A DNA stretch of 64,000 nucleotides from NCBI GenBank assembly GCA_040285745.1, contig JAUFOR010000004.1, positions 1,054,001 to 1,118,000 of the forward strand, written 5' to 3'. The number at the start of each line of letters is the position of its first letter. The stretch's first letter is position 1. The position numbers and the translations under genes were made by a program. A model generated the notes under the pieces. It had not been told where the DNA came from, ran no database searches, and worked only from the letters and a program-made list of their open reading frames with translations. The stretch comes from Barthelona sp. PCE (taxonomy: Eukaryota). Positions 1 to 9,000 of the stretch are shown one piece after another.

Positions 1-3000
1 TTGAATGAATATTATTTAAGCAATGTAGGTGTTGTTAAAGGTTTTGCATCAAACATCATTACGTTCAACAGCAACATGCATCTTCGAAAGGTTGTATTTG
101 GAGAGTTTCCTAGTGGAACACTTACATTTACTGGTGCTTCACATTATTATTGTGTTGAATTTATTAGCAGTGAGAGTATTAAATGCCAAAATCTTAAATT
201 ACACTCTGTTACATCTGATACAGCTTTTAAGAGCAATTATCCAGTTGCAATTGGTGGAACGGCCAAGATAAAGGGTGGTTCTGTCATTGGATCAGACGGA
301 GCTAAGTTAGTGGTTACAGACTATGCCAAATTCAATTCATTCAATTGTGCTAGTTGTTGGATAGATATCGCGGCAAACAGCGCATACACTAAAACATATT
401 TAGAATATTCGGTAATAGTTTCGTGTCTGCATCACACATTCCGTGGTTCATACACTATTGAGTTTTCATCCTGTCAAACTTTAGATTTTGGCTTTATTGA
501 AGTATATACTGGTGCATCAATAGTTCTAAAGAATGAAGATAATTGTATCAGTGGTGGAGCTGTTGATCATTTTTTTATTCAAGAAGGAGGATTATTCATT
601 CCGGATAACAGTATCGATCTGGCTCCAAATCTGATTGTTACCATTTTTGATGGTGCAATAATACATCTTACCAAATCAAGTGTTTCTTTAGTATCCTCAA
701 ATGTTGCGAGAGACGTAACTATTGTTTTGTACATGCAGACATCTTTAAATGTTATGATACATGGAGGTGATTTACGATTGGTTTGTGCAGAAGGCTTGGA
801 TTGTAACTCTAACGGTGACATAGCTTTCTCCATTCAATCTAAAGATAGTGTAATACTGATTTCAGATGTGCCTCTCAGCATCATCGGTTATGTTTTAGAG
901 ACGGACAACAAACCATCTCTTTCTATCACTGGCAATATAAAGAATGCACCACTAAACAGCCACATCTTTTGTGAATTGCCATCAAATATTGGATTTGAAG
1001 ATTTAAATTCGAATAGTGCAACTGTAGATTGTGTTGACAATACCTTGATCATATACGGCTCTCACGCTGTGGATGTTATTGCGCGTAACGCCACTATATA
1101 TTCTCCTGATTGTGATATTAAAACACTTACATCATATAATTCAACTATAACAGCCAAGAAAGTATCTCTCGTCGATGCAACGGGTAATTTGAATGTGAGT
1201 ACGGATGAAATAGGTGATATTACTTCAACTTTTTTTAATCTCATCACTTCCAATGACGTAACCCTATTATCCGGTTTGAAATACTCAAATACAAACTTTA
1301 ATATAACCTGTACGCGCCAATCTATGTGTCATTTTCCAGTTTCTGAGAACTCAGTTATTACATCATCAACGATCAAGGGAAATAACTTTGTTCACTTCCA
1401 TGGTCATAATATTAATGTTCTTGATAGCTCTATACTGATACATATGAATGTCTCTGGCTCATCAACACTTAATGGAAATTTTAGTAATATTATGATGTAT
1501 GGTGAAGTTGAATTTAACGCAACAATAGATAAACTATGGCTACTCAATTCAGCTGTTGCTAAAGGTGATATTCATTCCAACTCCGTCATGATGTGGGCAG
1601 GTTCTTCAATGAAAGATTGCTCTTTGAATACCGGTTCTTTGTCTAAAGCAAACAGAACAAAGATAGAGTGTGAGTATTACAGCGTAGATTTTTTTTCGGA
1701 TATTGACATTGTCCTTGACAGTGGTATTTCTAATGTGGATCTTATCCCAAATATGGAATCAATTAATTCATTAACTCCCAATTACAAGAAGAACCCAACT
1801 CCTGTTTTCAGCATTGATGATTCAAATGTATATAGTCCAGATCGTTCTTTCAGGAAAAAACGAGGCACTTACTATCATGATGTTACAATCAATCGTCAGA
1901 GGCGCCTCATGTATCGTTTTTGGGGCAATGATTCTGCTATTTTAGATATAGATGATGCACACGTTTTCCTACATGATGTAGAAGTAAGTATTGCACGACT
2001 TTCAGAGACTGTGAGTGTTAGAATGGCTTTTGATTTTATTGGTATATTACAAGCCACAGAGACATACATTTTCCTGGATGAAGATCTGGTTGTCAATGGA
2101 TCAATCATTTGTAATGGTTGTAAGATGTTTCTTAACGGATTCACAATGACCATTTCTGATTCTCTCAGAGTGAACAATGCTAATGATGGTGGGGTTTCGA
2201 ACGGTTTCATTGTTGTTGAAACGTTCGAGGTACGCTCTACCTTTCGTGTGAGTACAACAGAGATCACTTGCACATCATTCATTGTATCTGGTGGTGAAGT
2301 ATACATAGAGCCGACTTCTTTCATTGATACAGAGAAAGCCACACTGAATCAGCCTTATTTTGATGGAACGGTCTATATCCGCGCATCTGTTGTTCTGACG
2401 TCACCACCTATTCAATCATTGAGTCAGAATAGTACTTTGGCTTTCCGTTCACCTTCTCTATATGATGAAATTGATTTTCCATCGCTGTGTACCGTCTTCA
2501 AGAATATCAGAATACAAGGCGAGGCTCCAATTGAAGGTGATTTATCATGCTTCTCTAAAGTACATCTGCTGAATTCGACCAAAAGTGCGGTCATTGCTTC
2601 TTTTGCACGTATTAAAGTATGCGCATCAAAATTAACACTTATTGAAGGAGGTAAGCTAATTATTGTTGATTATGCAGCAACAGTTTCTGTAGAGGAACTA
2701 GTATTTGATGGTATCAATACGCATATGGTTGCCATTCATCCTAATATGCTCAAATTTAATGTTGATCGTCTTATAGTCAATGCAAATACGATTTTAGGGT
2801 TCTTTAATAGAATAATTTTACACGAAATGGATATCAACAATGAAAGCACACTTGAAATCAGATCAGTAGACATTATTCTTGGAACAGTTCGTGGAAGTGG
2901 TCTCGTTTATTCAATTTCACCTGTGACAGTTTTAAAAGATGTAATATCAACTGGTCTTCTAAGTTTTGATATTCCCGTTAGTTTATCAGAAACAACAACC

Positions 3001-6000
3001 ACTACATATGGTAATGTTCAATTCCTCTCCCCGATCAGCACTGAATTTTTAATTTGTTATGATGGACATGTTCAGTTCAAAGATACCTCTGATTTTGATG
3101 ATGTGGAGTTGCATAATTCTACCTTTGGTTTTGGAATTCCAAACAGTATCGAATTCACTGTCATTACATTCCATACTTTAAGCACATTAAAGATGTACAT
3201 TGACGATTCCCAACATCAGAGTTATTTGTTTAAGATTGAAGGTAAAGTATTCCTTGAGTTGAGTAACATCATCGAGTGGAGTAATTCACATGAATCAAAT
3301 AATGTATTATTTATTAAGAGCACCATACCATCTGTAATTTTGCTCAAATACACGCTCGAATCAAATGGTATTTTGGTCTATGACACATTACCTAATTCGA
3401 TTATTTATCGAATTTCTGTTGAAACTGTCAGTTTTACTGAAACTAAACAACTTGAGTGTGTACAGGATATTACATTTACTTTCGAAGAACAAGAATGGAA
3501 GATGCTTTGTTCTCATTCTGGCTCATTAGAGAACAGAATGAGATATTTTGTTCCCTCATATAGAGAAATTACTATGAATATCTTTATCAACACATTAACT
3601 GTAGTTGGTTCAGGGCAGCTTAGTACCTATTTTTCAACAATAACTGATACTTATCTCTCGTTTACTTTGAATGGTGTAATTGCAGGAGGGTTTAAGAATA
3701 CGCATAAAATGTCACTTCATCATCATGATCCTCTACATCCATATTTGAAAGTGCATAGTATGAGAAATATTATTGAACTAAAACATTTTAACTTTATGAA
3801 CCAGCCAAATGTTTTAATTTCTTTTTGCACTACCTTAATTACAGCAGATGTTGTAGAATTTTCTAATCATAATGAAGAACAAGCTACAGTTATAATGAGA
3901 TCAACTACACAATTACAAACAGATTTGACGTTTTATAAGACGAATATTCACTTTATTGCAAGTTTTGCCACGTTCTCAACATTTACGTCTGCTTCTGAGC
4001 CAGTTAATACGATCATTATCACTGGTAACTATATCAAACTGGATTCTATTTCAGTGGATATGAATACTGATAGTGTAGTACTGTTTAAGAAAATGTGTTT
4101 CAAAAATTCTGCTGAGATGATTCCTGAATATATTTCCATGCTTGATTGTCTTGTTCAAACTGGAGAGACTGTTGATGTGCAGACAGACAAAATGAATCAG
4201 GTTGACTTTATTTCCAGAGGTACTGTATCTATATCTAAGTATAGTAATCTTAGAAACGTTACATTCTTTGCATCAAAGAAATTTGTTGTTACCACAAATG
4301 ATAAACCCACACAAGGCCACGTACACTTTAATATAGAACCTTATGGTGGTCTTGTAATAGATCCCACTAGCTTTTGTGAATACCTTACTTTTGATATATA
4401 TACAGGAGCTTCTCTTCAGATCAAAGGGCCAGTCATTGCCATTACCGATGATGATGTGTTGGCCCACTTGTTCAATAATCTTGACACTGTAAGAATCATG
4501 GAAACCATTAGTGATATCGATTTAACGTTTATCAAACACGCGATAACTATCTCAACAGAGTCAACTGGTGCATTACGTAGCATTGTGCTGCCTTCTGACA
4601 CCTTGTCTGTTACAGTTACACAGATAACATCAAATTATAGATTAGATATTCCAGGTGGTTATTTAAACAGTTTTCATTGGATTGGATCCTCTTCAAAGAC
4701 GTATCCCGTTGATTTAAGAGCAGACTCGAGTTTTACTGAATCCCCGGCGTTTTATGCTTCAACTTCAAGAAAGAATTGTGCGAGGATAACCAGATCTACA
4801 TCATCTGGCGAGTTCCAATCAAATCATATGTATCAACACTTTAAAGAGGAAAATCAACAATTAGTAGCATATTCAACGATTTCTGGCACTTCAAAAAAAG
4901 CAATCTGTGATGATAACTATGTGTTTTACTTGGAAAACATTATCTTTACACATATTAGACATGAAAATTGCAATGGCATGTTCTTTATTCTCAAAAACGC
5001 TGAGATGCGGGATAACTACTTCTTGTTCCCTTATGTAAGTGCTTTTGCTGGATCAAAGATTAACCTACCTTCTTATACTGTCTTTACTAGTACAGGAATG
5101 AGATTACCTTTTGCTCACCCACATTCATATCTCAAACAATATCAACAGAGCGAGAATGACATGTTCATATACCAAATGTCTACAATGTCTTTATGGGGAG
5201 CACGCATTGAACTCAATAGACTTACAATTAACGTAGATAGTCCCCCGATATCGCTTGGATTTCAGTTGTTAGGAAATGAGCTGCAGATCAATTGTACAGG
5301 TTGTAACCTTCATTTAGCATTTCCCAGTGAAATCGTCCGTGATTTAGGAGATTATTCTCAATTGGTCTTGGGCACAATCATTGAAGGTATTGTTCCAGAT
5401 TATTACGATAATACACTGTTTTTGTATGAAACAACATTAGTCAATATGGATACATATATGTTTGATGGGATACAGACTCCTGCTTCGCATTCATTCATTA
5501 GCAATGCAGAAATCTCACATGCATTAGATATGTATCTTACATGCGACACATGTTCAATAATATCATCGAGTGTCAGCGGAACAATAACTGGCACTACGTC
5601 ACTTGACCAAACTACCTTCATAGGTTTAGGCGAAGATGCAACGATAACTGCATTGGATTCAACAGTAACAGCACACATTAGGAATTCTGAAATTTTTGGT
5701 TCAACTTACAATGCAACGTGTGATGACTGTTCTGGCACAGCATCTGGCACATTTAATATAACAAGCAGTGTCTCAAATATTGTTCTTGATGGTGATATTC
5801 GCATTTTGACATACTGTGGAGAAAATGACTGCACAGTAAGCGGAACAGTTGTTGTTTCTGGTGGAGGAAAAGTGAATGTATGTGGTGATTCTTTGATTCA
5901 TATCGAGTCCAATACAGTCATAAATAGTTCCACTGATGAATTGATTACTGTAATGCAGCATAGTGGTTCATTAACATTAGAAAACACAAAATCTCTACGT

Positions 6001-9000
6001 TTCTACGGTCCCTTTGACTCAATATTTCAAAACGTGACATATAAAAGTCCAGTGTTGATATCAACTGATCTTGAAAGTATCAACTCTGAATCTTATGTAT
6101 TTCTATCACAAGATATTTCTCCTGTGGAAATGATTGGTTCTGGTGTTCTGTTTGGCCATATTGATGGAAATGTTAGTGTTCTATTATCTCAGAAAGAACT
6201 TACAGAAAACGATATGATGTTTGCATTTCCACATGCGTTTTTGCCTGTCAATGAAACAGACTCATACGGTTATTTCCGAACGAGTATGATGACAGGCATC
6301 AGCTTATCGAACTGCTCAAGAGTATCATTTAGTCGTACTGGTACGTTTGTAGTTTTTTGTAACTTTACTACAAAACAAAAATATTTTCTTGATTCATTCA
6401 ATTTTGCAATTAATGATGCTTGCGGTTCATACCAGATGATTCCTATTTCTTTTGTTGATAATGTATTTAAACAGTTTGAGTTTGAGTTCACTATTGGAAA
6501 ATTTCTACATAAGCCTAGTTTTGGTTACGTTGAAGCAATATCTGGAGAATATACACAGCTGATTAGCATTTCAGTCGGTCCAATCACGTTACAGAATACA
6601 GCAAATATAGTTGATAAAGGTGATGAGGTAACGATATATGGAACGAATATAATCAATGATGATGAATGTTTTGAATACACAGGCTCCTTTTTTGGAAATG
6701 TTCACCAGCTTACGGTTACCTCTTCTTCACTTACATTAGTATTACCTCCTTTTTATGGTTGGAATCACTCTGTTACTGTGTTCGATTTCGGTATAGAAAT
6801 GGGTATTTTCTGCTGTGTATCTGCTGTTGAGCCAGTATTAACCAGTGTCACGTTGTCAGAAAGTGAAATACGCCTCGGTGGCAGTTTTCTAGATTTATCT
6901 GATTTTTCGAGTGGTGATTTCACAGTTTCACTCAGTGAACACACGTTTTCTTCTTCAAGCAATGATGTAACGTGGACTCCCAGTCTTATATCGTTGCATT
7001 CCGCACTTACTTTGTTTTGTGCATTGGATGAGGTACATGTGACAATCAACTACAATGGTTACATATATGATCTGGGTAGTGTTACCTTAAGAAATCCACG
7101 TATCATCTCTTCTTTAAGTGTTAATTTTAATCATCTTCCTTCAATTGCTGCTTTTGCACTTGATCTCAGTTACAATCCAATGTGTGATATTTTTGTTTCA
7201 TATTCCCATGATTATCATGTATTACACCACCATATGTCACCCAATGGTACGATTTTAAACTTTGCAATTAATAACCTAGTTTCCGATCTTCATGTATCTG
7301 TTTTCCAAAGAGTGCTACAGATATCTCCTCCAGCCCCGACTGTTGTTTCTGTTTCCCCAGTTCTTTTACCAACTGTTGGTGGAGTTGTTGAGTATATTGG
7401 TGATTATCTTGGCGATTCTTTATTTCCTCACTTCACTGTTGACCGCTCATCTTTTGGAACCATTCACTTTGTCTCAAGAAAACGGGTCACTGTGCTGGTT
7501 CCAGAGGGTACAGGCGCTGTATTACCCATCGATATGAATACAAGCGGTAGATCTTGGAACGCTGAAGCACTCAGCTATCTTCCACCAGTCCTGTACCCGC
7601 CAGTCATCGGCGCGTGCTACACGAGTCTGCGAGTCCCGCTTATCGGAGCAAACTTCGGGCCGGCGGGCACGGAGGCCACCGCGCGCTTCACATACAACGA
7701 CTGGACACCGTCCATCCCCGTTTTCGTGCTTGGCCACCGAAGCGCTCTGGCAATCCTGCCTCCTGGGCCCGATGACCTGTGCAGCAACCCAGCGTTGCTG
7801 GAAACGGCCGACATCCGCTTTGATGTGTCAGTCGGCGGTCAGACATCATACAGCATCCCAGCACAGTACTCTGTCTTCCCCAGTGTGGAACCAAACAACG
7901 TGCCGTGTGCGCGATTTGCCAGTAGCGTCACGCTACGCGTCGATATGTCGTCGACAGGCATGATTCCGGAACCCCGAATCAGGTTATCGTCAGATATTCA
8001 CATCAGCGTGCACACTTGCGCTCTCGATGGCTACCTGCTGACCTGTGTTGTTCCCGGTCTCGTCTCCGCAGAGTATACTGGCTCCGTTCAGATAGCAGGC
8101 CATTCCGAGTGGATCGCACTGAGCGGCCGAGTTTACGCGTTCGATGTCCCCAACCAGCGCTTCATAATCCCTATTGGGCAGGAGCACCCGGTTTCCGTCA
8201 AGCTATCGCACGTGCACACCAGCGCGATCGGGGTAAGCTACGACGGCAACGCAATGATCACCAACACCACTGACGAAGGCGTCGCGTTCGCGCATGCGTT
8301 TTCGCAGTCAGGAAGCGGCATTGTTGTCACCGTTGGCGACTTCTCGGTTGAGCCATCAATCGTATTTGATGCGGTCAGTGTTGATCCCCAAACTTTCTAC
8401 ATGCCATACGGTGCACCCTATAGGGTCTCTGTAGCAGCAACTGGCCTGCACATGTGCCGCAGCCTGGTCGTTCAGGTGCAGGGCATTGTGTTCCTGGGAT
8501 CGTTCAACGGTGCAACACTCGAATCCGACGTGCACGTTCTTAAGACGGGATGGAGCAGCATGCACGCGTTCTGCGATGACGTGCAGCTATATGTCGGCGA
8601 GGCACGCGTGTTCACACTGGACGCTTCTGAAATCCACGCTTTTGACGATGCGCCGTTCTCAGCCACTCTGTGCGGCATCGGACTTCCCCCGCTCTCCCTG
8701 GGCGTGTGTGCCTCTGAGGCGTGCGGTGACTGCTGGTGTTTCGTTGAATGCGTGACTGAATCTCTCGCCCTTGATCCAATCGGCATAGACATCCCGCTCA
8801 CGCGTGTCGCGCGTCCGGAGTTCTCGCAGATCCTGTGGCCGTACGGCGTTGATCACCAAGCGAAGCTGGAGCCCAAGAATCCAATACACAGCTCGGTTTC
8901 CTTCGCAATGGAGAACATCACGTTCGCACCGTCCGACCTCGCACTCCTCCTTGGAGGCGCCCTGTATGGCAACACGTCGATGCGCGTCGCAACGCCCGCA